From: Eledone cirrhosa
Taxonomy: Eukaryota
Assembly: GCA_964016885.1 (NCBI GenBank)
Contig: OZ024749.1
Coordinates: forward strand, 868,001-932,000
Direction: 5' to 3'
Length of the DNA stretch: 64,000 nucleotides
Each line of letters begins with the position of its first letter. The stretch's first letter is position 1. The notes beneath the pieces are model-generated. The model made no database searches and was not told where the DNA came from. It worked only from the letters and a program-made list of their open reading frames with translations. The translations under genes and the position numbers were made by a program. Shown here in pieces: positions 11,570 through 23,574 of this stretch.

Positions 11570-12420
11570 TCCTACAAAAGATAGCACTACTAGGCACTGT
11601 ATATATATTATATAGAGTACCACAGGACTTACAAATATACACAGCATACAAAAGATAGCACTACTAGGTACTGTATATATATTATATAGAGTACCACAGG
11701 ACTTACAAAAGATAGCACTACTAGGCACTGTATATATATTATATAGAGTACCACAGGACTTACAAATATATACAGCATACAAAAGATAGCACTACTAGGT
11801 ACTGTATATATATTATATAGAGTACCACAGGACTTACAAAAGATAGCACTACTAGGCACTGTATATATATTATATAGAGTACCACAGGACTTACAAATAT
11901 ATACAGCATACAAAAGATAGCACTACTAGGCACTGTATATATATTATATAGAGTATTCCAGGACTTACAAATATATACAACATACAGAAGATAGCACTAC
12001 TAGGCACAGTATATATATTATATAGAGTACCACAGGACTTACAAATATACACAGCATACAAAAGATAGCACTACTAGGCACTGTATATATATTATATAGA
12101 GTACTCCAGGACTTACAAATATATACAACATACAGAAGATAGCACTACTAGGCACTGTATATATATTATATAGAGTACCACAGGACTTACAAATATATAC
12201 AACATACAAAAGATAGCACTACTAGGCACTGTATATATATTATATAGAGTACCACAGGACTTACAACATACTAAAGATAGCACTACTAGGTACTGTATAT
12301 ATATTACGAAAAGTACTATCAATACAATAGAAACAACATCAGCAAAAACTACACTGCACATACCCAAGGCACACAATCTGTGCTCGGTAAAGCAGTAATG
12401 ATGCACAATAAAATTTATTA
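11570..12420 (+). repeat. 57/74-bp minisatellite derived from the 3' coding end of an R4/Dong-like LINE
   Basis: The unit translates as PGLTNIYNIQKIALLGT. The last copy continues VYILRKVLSIQ* and then a 3' UTR with AATAAA. QKxxLLGTAxILR is the typical C-terminus of R4/Dong elements. Confidence 0.75.
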
Positions 12421-12430
12421 TGGAAATAAT

Positions 12431-12616
12431 AATTGTTTCTACTTTTGGCACAAGGCCAGCAATTACCCAGTACATTACTGGTACTTTATTTTATCGACCC
12501 CGTAAGGATGAAAGGCAAAGTTAACCTCGGCGGGATTTGAACTCAGAATGGCAAGGGCCGTAACTCTATGCGTCAAAGCATGAAGTCCGATCCTCTACCG
12601 ATACTGCCAATCCAAT
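12431..12616 (-). mobile_element. Meta-like tRNA SINE
   Basis: Near-identical to the other family copies in the window. Confidence 0.85.
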
Positions 12617-13199
12617 AATAATAATAATAATCATTATTGTTATTTCTAATGGCACAATTTTTAGGGAAAGTCAATTATATTAACCGCTGCTAGACCCTGG
12701 TGGGGGAGTTGCCTCTGCCCAACAGAGGCTGGATCCTGGGAATTATCAGAACACAAGGTTGTTGAACCATGGAGTTTATTGGATTATAGAGTACCATATT
12801 CCAGAGATCAAGCTTCAATAAGTCCCTCTCAATTGGGTTTCCAGAATATTTGTTAAAACATTAACGTCCTGACCCACATTGGAAAAGAAATTCTTGAAAA
12901 TCATAGTCTTTAATACTACAAATATTCACAATGATTTGTCTATAAGTAAAGATCCTGTAAACATTTGATTTAACAAAATCTGCTTTTAGACATTTTTTAT
13001 TATAGGATGCTGAGAGTTAAAGAAACCTTGAAAAAAAAAAAAAAATTTTTTTTCTACAAATTTTAGAAAATGTTTCAGTGTCTGAATCAAACCAGATATA
13101 GCAACATTTTGATACTAAAACAAACTCTAATATGAATCATCATTAACCATTGTTGGTGTGTCAGCAACCAGATTTTGAACATTCTTTTGTTTTATTATA

Positions 13200-13400
13200 T
13201 TTTTTTTTCAAATTTCTCACACAAGGCCAGTAATTTTGAGAGAGGTAAGGAAAATGGACAACATTGATCCCTAGTACTTGATTGGTATTTTATTTTACTG
13301 ATATCGGATGAACGACAAAGTTGACCTCGGTGGAACATTAACTCAGAGTGCCGAGAGCCAGAACGAATACTGCAAAGCATTCTATCCGACGTTCTAACGG
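13200..13400 (-). mobile_element. Diverged Meta-like SINE
   Basis: CACAAGGCCAGTAATTTT...GTTGACCTCGGTGG...ACTCAGA matches the family at lower identity. Confidence 0.7.
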
Positions 13401-14070
13401 CTCTGCATGTGTGGGCCTCGAGAGCTGGAATGGCTCTTCCAGCGAGTCTCCCTCACCACACTCTTGGGAAACGCCTGTCTGCTGGGACCGTGGGTTCCCA
13501 TCTCTAACATTAGTGAGAGATGGGGAGAGCGAGTTGTTTGTATTCGGACCTGGTGCTGATGTATATGTTTCACAGACACAATTTAACTTGCGGAAAATTA
13601 AAAATGTTGTTCCATCTTAGTTATGAATACATTACACACCAGAAATATCCAGTATTAAAATATCGGGTCTCATGAGATAATATGTAACGAACAACAACAA
13701 TTTTTTTTATATACTATTAAAAAAAGAGAAAAAAAGAAACCACCACAGATCTTAATTACAGTATAGCATTGGGGAGATAACTGCATAGATTGCACATGAA
13801 ATATAACGGACACCAGGTGGGGGATATTGCGCTGCTTGCAGTGTGGATAATATTTATTAAAACAGGAAGATTGAAGAAGATACGAGAACTAGTGTTCAGA
13901 TAAGACATCAGGACACAGTAAATGAAACAATACATGACCAGAAGAAGTTTGGATTCAAACCCACAACAATCCTCCAATTTTTTTTTCAGATTTCATATTT
14001 TATTTACTGAAGAGTAAATAATTAAAAAAGAGAAAGAAAAGGGAAAGGGAAAAAGAAACAAAAACGAAAC

Positions 14071-14727
14071 ACACAAGCAGGTAGTACACACATATAGGAC
14101 AACATACAACACACCAGCAGGTAATACATACATCTAGGACCACATACAACATACAAGCAGGTAATACACACATCTAGTACCACATACAACATACAAGCAG
14201 GTAATACACACATCTAGTACCACATACAACATACCAGCAGGTAATACATACATCTAGGACCACATACAACACACCAGCAGGTAATACACACATCTAGGGC
14301 CACATACAACACACCAGCAGGTAATACACACATCCAGGACCACATGCAACACACCAGCAGGTAATACATCTAGGACCACATACAACACACCAGCAGGTAA
14401 TACATCTAGGACCACATACAACACACCAGCAGGTAATACATCTAGTACCACATACAGCACACAAGCAGGTAATATACACATCTAGGACCACATACAACAC
14501 ACCAGCAGGTAATACACACATCCAGGACCACATGCAACACACCAGCAGGTAATACATCTAGGACCACATACAACACACCAGCAGGTAATACATCTAGGAC
14601 CACATACAACACACAAGCAGGTAATACACATCTAGGACCACATACAACACACCAGCAGGTAATACATACATCTAGGACCACATACAACATACCAGCAAGT
14701 AATACATACATCTAGTACCACATACAT
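14071..14727. repeat. 40-bp minisatellite (locus 1)
   Basis: Unit AGCAGGTAATACACACATCTAGGACCACATACAACACACC, with 36-bp variants. Confidence 0.95.
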
Positions 14728-15713
14728 CAAAAGGCAGGCGAAAGGAGTGGATAAACGAACTGCTGTCAGAGCAAAAGATATCACGAGGAGCATTGGGAAA
14801 CCTCTCTAATAATTATTGAGGCAAACCAGCACGCCTGCAGCTTTATTTCGGGTGATGGTGAGGCTGAGGTGCTGGAACAGCCAAGCGCCCTCACAAGCAT
14901 CACCAGTTACCTCTGTTAGGTGAGCCACCAGTGAAGAACCTCGCAGTCAGTGGCCCGAATCCCCCAGACTGGAAAAGCAACCCAGCTTTCCTACCGTTTG
15001 AGAAGGAATTATTAGGGACTCATATGGGATATCACATTTAGAAAAGAAACAATCCCTTCCAACAGGATCCACATGATAAAGGATTCTGAAGCTGTGCATG
15101 TCCACTCCAATAAAACTGTTAGTCTATACCAAGTTGAGAGGAGTACCTACCATTGATTGCTATTTAATGCTGTTACCAAAGATTATTGGAAAACTGGCCA
15201 TAACATTGGTCTGAAGATCACTTCAGAATTAAATAGCCAGGACCGAACTGAGCATTGGAATCCTCTTATTCCTCATTTCATTTGGAAGGATCGCAAACCA
15301 AATTTTAATAATAACCCATCCATCATTTGCTTGAGCAGGATAGACTATAGGGTTTCTCTGGTGAAAACTATAAAACTATTTCCTAGGTTTGCATGATTGT
15401 GATCTTGGTATATATGGTATAGCTACCCAGGACTCCAAAATTCGATGCTATTGCCACCATTATTGACAACACTCAACCACTAGTAGGTAAAACACACACA
15501 CACACAAATATGGTAAATATTTACATAAACACTGGTCAAAGTTAATGGTTGTTATGAAAGAGGATAATAAACAGTGGTTGCTGCTGAAGAAACATGACCA
15601 ACACAACAAATATTTAGGTTAGATATATAATTTTACTTCACTTCATTTAAAAGGAAAAAGAATATATGTTTATTATGCTACTTTAGATTAACAAAGTAAT
15701 AAGTTGTACATAC

Positions 15714-15763
15714 CAGTATAGGTAGTTGTAAGCTTGCAGTGTAAGGGAGCTGTGTTGTTTATA
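15714..15763 (-). promoter_or_regulatory. Candidate TATA promoter and short non-coding first exon
   Basis: Minus-strand TATAAA at 15763-15758, followed about 45 nt later by a CTG|GTATGT donor at 15714/15713. Same strand as, and upstream of, the 9675 exon. Confidence 0.3.
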
Positions 15764-16115
15764 TGAAGAGGCAGTTGAAGTGCCAAGGTAAGAATTGCTA
15801 TTGAGCCCTTGTCAACAGGGCTGAAGGTTTTTTGCTAAGTGCTACCTCGCTATTGAGCAGGTCGAAGTGATGTTTCACCTCAGCATTACAAGAGTCGAAT
15901 GACACAAAGAAAAGCTAATCTCACCTCACCTCAGGCTAACCAACCACTCCATACAAACTGACACCAATTGAGATAAAGAGAAATAGCAGCCAGATGTCAT
16001 TTGGGGGTCAGCGTGTGAAGAGATTTCGCTACAGTCTTGGGTTGGGATAGATATTTATTTCCTTCGATATTTTCTTGTTTTCAGCGATTCGGATCTCCAA
16101 AGCACTTTATTTTAA

Positions 16116-16336
16116 CCCATTAGCATTTACATTACTTTATATATACTATTGTATTTTTGTAGTAAAGGCTTTATCTTACATAATATCTCACATAATATTG
16201 AATCTATGAGACTTTGATGTTATTTATTTTGAGAACAATAACTTAACATAAGTATGAGTGGTCAGTTGCAGACAATTTGAACAGGATAGAGGTTAGAGAA
16301 TTCTGGCCAGATATGGATGGTTTAAATGCTAAAGGG
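16116..16336. mobile_element. piggyBac-like MITE
   Basis: TTAA|CCCATTAGCATTTA ... TAAATGCTAAAGGG|TTAA. Confidence 0.8.
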
Positions 16337-18010
16337 TTAAAGATATATTGTATCTTAAACAAAACTGACATTCAAAACTGTCTGAAATTATGTTTTTTAG
16401 TTACATGAGTGTGTGGGTGAGGGGGTAACATCAGGTGTTACCCTATGCCAGACAGGTGTCATCGACTCATTTATTTAATTTGAAATGGCTTTCATTTTTA
16501 ATTACATGAGTATTAGTATGGCTTCTTGTCGAGATTTTACTCTTTTAAATGTTGATAAATCCAACCCCACTCCTTTTTCTGATATCTGAAAAACAAATAA
16601 TTTCTGACAGGTTTGGAGGTCAAAACCGTTGAGAAAATGTAAAAATTGACCATATATAGAATTAGAATTTAACATTGAACTTAGCTCATGCAACTGCTGG
16701 ACCTTGAAAACAGGCGAAAATATATAGTTTTTTCGTCTGTATAAATGAGGTGATTAATCTCATTTGCATATGAAGCTGTATAAGTTGGCTCAACTTATAA
16801 TAGAATATAATTAGAATTTAGATTCGAACATAGATGTATTTATGTTTATATCATCATCATCACTTTACGTCCGCTTTTCCCTGCTTGCAAGGGTGGGACG
16901 AGAACTGATTCTGGCTTGAGTTCTACAGCTGGATGCCCTTCCTAACACCAACCTCATTTACAGTATATTTATATATATATATATAAAACGACAACAGAAG
17001 GCCGGACTGGAAGATATGCTTTACTACATTCCTGTGCACTTTATCTTGACGGTGATGCATTAGCAACATCTCGAAATGGGCCAGTGAAACCAACTGAGAA
17101 GATGGAGCAACACCTTAACGAAGCACTGAGGGATGCTGCTTTCACCAAGCTCGGCAAAGAGAGATGGACGCGAGAGCAGGTGGATGTATTTGCAGCAGAA
17201 ATTTGGAAGTTGGCTATGCTAGCCGAATTCACAGGAGAGAATCTCAAAAGGGCCATGCGGATGGCGTTTGTGAACAGTTTCCTCAATGAAATTTCATTAA
17301 GGCTCCAACAGTTTTTGGGCAACATCAAAATGGCGACGAGTGAGCTAATCACACAGGCCTGCGTAGTGATATGGAGCATTGAGTGGAATGTTTCAGCATT
17401 AGCAGTGATACGAGCCCATAACAACCAACAGTGATCGATGAATGACGAGGAGAGAAGAGAGACTGTGCACGCTTGGCTGCAGGCGTTCAGAGGTCAGTGC
17501 TTCAGGTGTCAGTGTTCACACATGGCAAGGGATAGCAGGGAGCCAAAGCCCTATATAATCAGGCAGGCTACATCGCCAATAATTGCGACCAGGGTAACAG
17601 TCAAAGGGGAGTTACTGCACCGGTAGTTACCCCTGGAAGTGAGTAGAGGCGCTCTTGCAGTCGCTGGTCGTTGAAGCATTTCTGGTGGCAGGGAAACTGT
17701 CATGAGACCTTGTTGACATAGGCTGTACAACAATATTGGTGACTCTTGAGGTCGTTAAAAAGTGGAGCGGGATAAATAGTTAAAGGGCAGTTGATGGCAG
17801 AGATATTAGATGCAGCGGTAGCAGTGAGGTGTAAATGGCAGTACGGGGAAAAGAAATAAGGCTGTGGGCGATTGTGACTGACAACATGTTGGATGGAATC
17901 GATGTGGTAATGGGTATGGATGCAATTGGCTGCTTAGGAGGTGTTACAGTGAGTGAGATCGGAGGTAACGTTTGGTAACACGGGAACATGTGCTGCGAGT
18001 GTGTAACAAG

Positions 18011-20010
18011 ATCATCATCATCATCGTTTAACGTCCGTGTTCCACGCTTGCATGGGTTTGGACAGAGGGTTTTCCCACTTGAGGCAAGAGTGGTTATCTT
18101 GCTCACATAGGACTATCTGGCGGGTTTTCTACAGCTGGATGCCCTTCCTAACACCAACCACATTTACAGTGTGGGGCTGGGAGGTTTTTACCGTGTTGCC
18201 TACACGGCCACATTACAGCGTGAACTGTGTTTTTTTGACGTGACACCTACACGATCTCATTTGTTTCGGCCTGGATGTTGTGGCACCAACATAACTTTAC
18301 ATTGAAAGGGGCGGTGTGGATAGGGTGGGGGTGTATTTTGTTAGAGATGCCTACTGACTGTAGTAGGTTTTACTTTGTATTTAGGTAAGGCGGGTCTTCT
18401 CTATTACTGAGTACCGCCAAAGGTCTTGGTCCAGTGACATTGTCTTGGTGAGGTGTAAGTGTGTGAGGTCGGAATTTATCAGCTCGTCCCAGGTTTTTCT
18501 GGGTCTGCCTACTCCGTGGCTACCGTCTATCTTTATTGCCCTGCACTTTGTTATACAGCTATCGACTTTCATGCGCATCACGTGACCGTACCAACGTAGC
18601 CTTCTCTCGAGTAAACATCTGATCCCTCTTATTTCTAATTTTTTCCTTAGTTCGCTTATGTTTTGCCGTTCACGTATATTACTATTACATATCCAGCGGA
18701 GCATGCAAGCTTCGTTCCTCTCTACTCTGCGTATATCCTCTGCACACAATGCCCAGGTCTCACTGCCATGCAACATTGCTGTTTGTATGCAGGCATCATA
18801 CAGCCTGCCTTTCATTTTTAGGGAGAACCCTTTAGCGGCTAGTAGAGGTATAAGCTCTCTGAACTTTTTCCACCCAGTTCTGACTCTAGCTACTGTACTT
18901 TCAGAGCACCCTCCCCCACTGCTGATTTTGTCACCCAGGTAACGGAAGCTGTCCACTATTTCTATAGAACCCTCTGTGCAGTTGAAAGAGCTAGTATTTT
19001 TGGGGCACTTGCTGCTACTTATTGCCCCAGAACACCGGCCACATGTAAAATCTATGTTCTTAGTTAGCTTACCTGTGATCCCACATCTTTTATGCACCCA
19101 TACTTTGCATTTGGGACACAAAATGGAGTTTCTACCTACGCCTTTCCTACACACTGAGCATGGCCACTTCCCGGAGGGGACCGCCGCCTTATTTTCTTTC
19201 TTACAAACTAGAACTTTAGTCTTAGCCAGGTTAATTTTAAGGCCTTTTGATTCTAGGCCGTGCTTCCATGTTTGGAATTTCTTCTCTAGCTCGGCCATTG
19301 ATTCAGCTATGAGCGTTAGATCATCTGCGTATAGGAGTTCCCATGGGCAGCCGGTCTTGAACTCCACTGTTATAGCCTGGAGGGCAATAATAAATAGTAG
19401 GGGGCTAAGAACAGAGCTCTGATGAACACCAACTTTTACACTAAACTCTTCACTATATTCGTTGTTAATTCTAACCTTGCTGACTGTTTCTTTATACATG
19501 GCTTGTATAGCTCTCACAAGCCATTCATCAACACCTAGTTTTCTAAGAGCCCACCAGATAATGGAGCGGGGGACTCTGTCAAATGCTTTCTCCAGGTCAA
19601 CGAAAGCTAAGTATAGGGGTTTACTTTTAGCTAGGTACTTCTCCTGTAGTTGTCGTACAATGAAAAGAGCGTCTGTGGTACTTTTTCCTGACACAAACCC
19701 GAACTGCATTTCATCTAGATCAATTCGCTCTCTGATTAGTTGCGCTATTACTTTTTCCGTGACCTTCATGACCTGGTCGATTAATTTAATGCCTCTATAG
19801 TTACTCCTATCTAGGGCATCTCCTTTACCCTTATAACAGTTAACGATGATGCTGCTACGCCAGTCCTTCGGAACAACCCCATTCTGTATGACTTGGTTGA
19901 CTATCCGGGTGACCATGGTGTGTCCCACCGTACCAGATGCCTTCAGCATCTCGGCAACTATTTCCGAAGGCCCAGCCTCCTTACCCGTCTTCATATCTTT
20001 GATTGCCTTA
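18011..20010 (-). mobile_element. 5'-truncated RTE-clade LINE nested in the Gypsy element
   Basis: RT ORF plus a 3' UTR ending GGACGTTAAAC(GAT)n at 18011. Confidence 0.9.
18381..19994 (-). CDS. RTE reverse transcriptase (partial, 537 aa) with a PHD-like Cys-rich insertion
   Basis: NYRGIKL, QFGF, FVDLEKAFD, VHQ.SVLSP, LLYADD, FRYLG, LRWYGHV and GRPRKTW motifs. The insert follows the pattern CxxC..CxxC..HxxC..CxxC. Confidence 0.9.
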   Translation of the reverse strand: MKTGKEAGPSEIVAEMLKASGTVGHTMVTRIVNQVIQNGVVPKDWRSSIIVNCYKGKGDALDRSNYRGIKLIDQVMKVTEKVIAQLIRERIDLDEMQFGFVSGKSTTDALFIVRQLQEKYLAKSKPLYLAFVDLEKAFDRVPRSIIWWALRKLGVDEWLVRAIQAMYKETVSKVRINNEYSEEFSVKVGVHQSSVLSPLLFIIALQAITVEFKTGCPWELLYADDLTLIAESMAELEKKFQTWKHGLESKGLKINLAKTKVLVCKKENKAAVPSGKWPCSVCRKGVGRNSILCPKCKVWVHKRCGITGKLTKNIDFTCGRCSGAISSSKCPKNTSSFNCTEGSIEIVDSFRYLGDKISSGGGCSESTVARVRTGWKKFRELIPLLAAKGFSLKMKGRLYDACIQTAMLHGSETWALCAEDIRRVERNEACMLRWICNSNIRERQNISELRKKLEIRGIRCLLERRLRWYGHVMRMKVDSCITKCRAIKIDGSHGVGRPRKTWDELINSDLTHLHLTKTMSLDQDLWRYSVIEKTRLT

Positions 20011-22849
20011 CTTCTTGAAGAAAAATGTGTTGTTCATACCATACAAGACAGAGTTCAGGGTTGTATTCGATGGTCAGCAGTGGATAGTTGAGTGGTACTG
20101 GAAATAACAGTGAGCTGCTATCAGCATTCTCATGAAGGGGATGCTAGAAGCAAGTTTGAGGGAGAGGTACAAAGATGGATTGAGGAGGGCATATTAATTC
20201 CTTGGAAGGAGGAGATAAAGAGTGGACTATTGCCATTAATGGCAGCCATGCAACCAACAAAGAACAAGGTCAGGCCGGTGCTAGACATTCATGAATTGAA
20301 TGAACACATCATTCCACACAGGTGGCGAGTTCACAGATGCCTGCGGGGAAGCCTTTTGAGAGTGGAGGCAAATGATGGGGTCTTCCACGATTGTCGACTT
20401 AACGTCACCATATTTGCAGCTACACATAGTTGAGCAACTGTGGGCTTATCAACTGGGCCAGACATACTGTCTGACCAGGCTGGGGTTCGGGTCGAATTCA
20501 GCACCAAAGATCATGGTAATGGTTTTCAAGGCCATTCTGGGGAAGTGGACAAGCTGAAGAGGGCCACTAATTCCTACAAAGATATTTTAGTAGATGAGAC
20601 CGTGGTGTTGGCAACAGAGATCTCAAACCACCTAAGAAGGTTCGGGTTTACTGCGAAACTGCCAGAGGTGATGGAAGAAGGAGCCACACTGGAACTCAAG
20701 CCGCGAAGAGACAAGACGGGCACATTGGTATTTTGGAGAAGAAATGAAGTCCCAGAACTGGACAACAGCATGGATAGATGAGATCTTTTCTCAATGTGTG
20801 GGAAATTGGTAGGCCAGTATCCAATCGCGGGGTGGCTCCGTACAGCATGCAGCTATGTCAAGAGACGAGCAGACAGGGTGGGAGAGAGTATGGTTGCCAT
20901 GGGAGATTGTGGAGAGGGGTCACTCTGGAAATAGGGGGTGTTGAGGTCAAGGAGGCTGCCTGGCTCAGGAAGAAGGACTATAACTGCATCGGACACCATG
21001 CTGAGGGAAGTGAATCTCACCCTGAGATGGGGGCTGTGTACCATAGAGATCCGTACTGATTTAGCCACTGTACTTGGAAGGGTGAGATCAGGGCTTACCA
21101 GTAAGAGGAGGGTGCGAATGAGAGGAGCAGCAGAAATGTTAAAGCACCACCTGGCTATTGAGTTCAGCCTGAAGTTGAGTGTGGTCTTTGTGCCCTCGGA
21201 GAAAAATAGGGTGGACATCTTAACGAGGGTGACGTAAGCCTGGCTGGAAGCTCCAGTGACTTGTCGGCTGACTTGGAGTTGAGAAGGTTGTATACCATGC
21301 ATCATATGGGAGTGGATAGGGCCCTGTTCCTAGCCAGGAAAGTTGACTCTGATGTTACCAGACAGAGTATCTAGAAAGCAGTCGGGAGTTATGACAGATG
21401 TCAGTCTATAGACTCTGCCCCGAGAGTGCATGATATAGGTGACATCCTGGTGGAGCTCAACTGCAAGTAATTAGCAGTGGATGTGACACACTACCGACAG
21501 GGGACGTATCTATCTATGGTTAATTGTGGACTGGGGCGGATGGCAATATGGAGCAAGATGAAAACGGGAACTGTGGAAGAAATTACACAGATGCAGAAAG
21601 AGATATTGTTGGAGGTGCTGAAGGAGATGCTTGATAGGTGGAATGTGAGCTGCTTCTGCAGAGTGGTGAGAAGGCTGAGTGGAAAAGGGATCGTGGAGAA
21701 ACGCTATCACATGATGAAGGCTATGGTGGAGAGGTGACACATTTCACCAATGGAGGTGGTGTTCTGGTGGGACAGGCCAAGGTGTTGATACCATATAAGG
21801 TGATAGATAGATAAAAATGGCTACATTTGACCTGTGGAGAGAAAGAATGCATTCGTACAAGTGGGCGAAGAAGTGTGGGTCAAGCCCTGCCAAATCTCAA
21901 TGGGGAAAGGGAACGATAATGGTTGTAAATTTCCAAAACAAAGTATCTGTTGGTGGACTGTGGCGCCACATCTTGGATGGCTGTAGAGTTGTTTATTTGA
22001 CGGACTTCGGAGAACGAAAGTGATGCCCCAAATGTACAGAGATCGCAATGCGAACACCACTCACCCAGGTGGATGACGGACTTTGACATGGAGTGATATG
22101 ATGGGTTGATTGATCCTTGAGATCAGGGGCATGTGGGGTTAGGGAGCTTCAGTCTGAACTCAAATAGAGACGCAAAGGTCCTTACAGTAATTTATTAATT
22201 TCAAACTTTGAAAAATAAGAAAAAAAAGAAACAGGAAAGGAGGAACCCTGTACTCTTATTTAGACGACATATGTCAGCTGATGAAATTAAATGTAATTAT
22301 TTTTTATATATTGGAGCTATTGAGAAAGCATATTTAAATTAAATATTTTTGGATCGTTGTAATTACTAGCACAAACTTATATTCTGAATTGACAGAGTCG
22401 TTAGAATATGAAATAAAATGCTTTTATGGTTCAGGCCCTCTTCTCTCTAATTTGAAATACCGTCCGGTTCAACTTTGGCTTTCATCCTTTCGAGGTAGAT
22501 AAAAAAAATACCAGTCTAGTACTGGGGTTGATTCTTCCTCCATATCTCTTTCTTACTTTCTATCCTTCTCTGGAAGAAATCTGCTGGAGAGGGATGGGCT
22601 GGAAACGATGTATGTTAATATGGTGCCTCTACAACTCCCACAAGAGTTACAGGGATCATACCATGTTCAAATATATTTAGGTTGAAGTTATCTCCCCCGT
22701 GCTAATCTGAAGCTATCAATGGATTGTATTGGGGAAGTGATGAATACATAATATATATATTATATATAATATATATATATTATATATCTATCTATCTAGG
22801 GCGGGTAAAATTCCCGAGATCCTTGGACGAGTTCTCTTCACCGGTCTCT

Positions 22850-23110
22850 GTCCCTCATTATCGCTGCCATGTCCTGCGTCTCCAACAGACCAGTGTCTGT
22901 CCTTAGGGCATCAACGTACCTTGGTCTTCCTTTCAGTTTGTCCATGTAGGGGCTCCCACAGGAGCACTGAGTGCAGTGTCAACTCTGGATGTCGGTGAGC
23001 ATGTCCAGCTAACCTCAGTCTCCTGTGTCACTTTGGAGCTAACTTTTGGGAGGATCCCATATAGCTCTTAGTTTTTCATCCTCAGCATTCTCGTGTAACA
23101 CCCATCTACC
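22850..23110 (-). pseudogene. RTE-like LINE C-terminal fragment
   Basis: Minus strand reads GCYTRMLR and RRLRLAGHAHRHPE...VLLWEP.HG. Confidence 0.7.
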
Positions 23111-23117
23111 ATATATA

Positions 23118-23497
23118 TAATTGTTTCTACTTTTGGCACAAGGCCAGCAATTACCCAATGCATTACTTTATTTTATCGACCCCGTAAGGATGAAAGGCAA
23201 AGTTAACCTTGGTGGGATTTGAACTCAGAATGGCAAGGACCATAACTGTATGCATCAAAGCATGCCGTCCGGCCCTTTACCAATACTGCCAATCCACCGC
23301 CCAATATAATATATAATTGTTTCTACTTTAGGCACAAGGCCAGCAATTATCCAGTGCATTACTGGTACTTTATTTTATCGACCCCGTAAGGATGAAAGGC
23401 AAAGTCAACCTCGGCGGGATTTGAACTCAGATCGTAAAGGGACATAACTATGCTGGAAAGCATGGCGTCCGACCCTCTACCAATACTGCCAATCCAA
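23118..23497 (-). mobile_element. Two tandem Meta-like SINE copies
   Basis: 23118-23302 and 23315-23497 each match the family. Confidence 0.85.
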
Positions 23498-23574
23498 TAG
23501 CCAGAATCAGTTCCCGTCCCACCCATGCAAGCAGGGAAAAGCGGACGTAAAATGATGATATATATAATATATAA

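Larger units (their letters stand above)
16985..22140 (+). mobile_element. Degenerate Ty3/Gypsy-like LTR retrotransposon internal region (gag-PR-RT-RH-IN), interrupted by an RTE
   Basis: Gag zinc-knuckle remnant CFRCQCSHMARD; protease-like LVDIGCT and DVVMGMDAI; RT motifs KVRPVLD, YLQL and YCLTRLGFG.NSAPKIM; integrase remnant DVTHY...GKGIVEK. Many stops and frameshifts. Confidence 0.8.

Noticed and set aside
11373-14711. Repetitive Cys/Val-rich ORFs
   Set aside because: They are antisense read-throughs of the 57/74-bp and 40-bp minisatellites.
22270-22330. CTGATGA as a hammerhead core
   Set aside because: No stem II, GAAA junction or stem I in the proper register.
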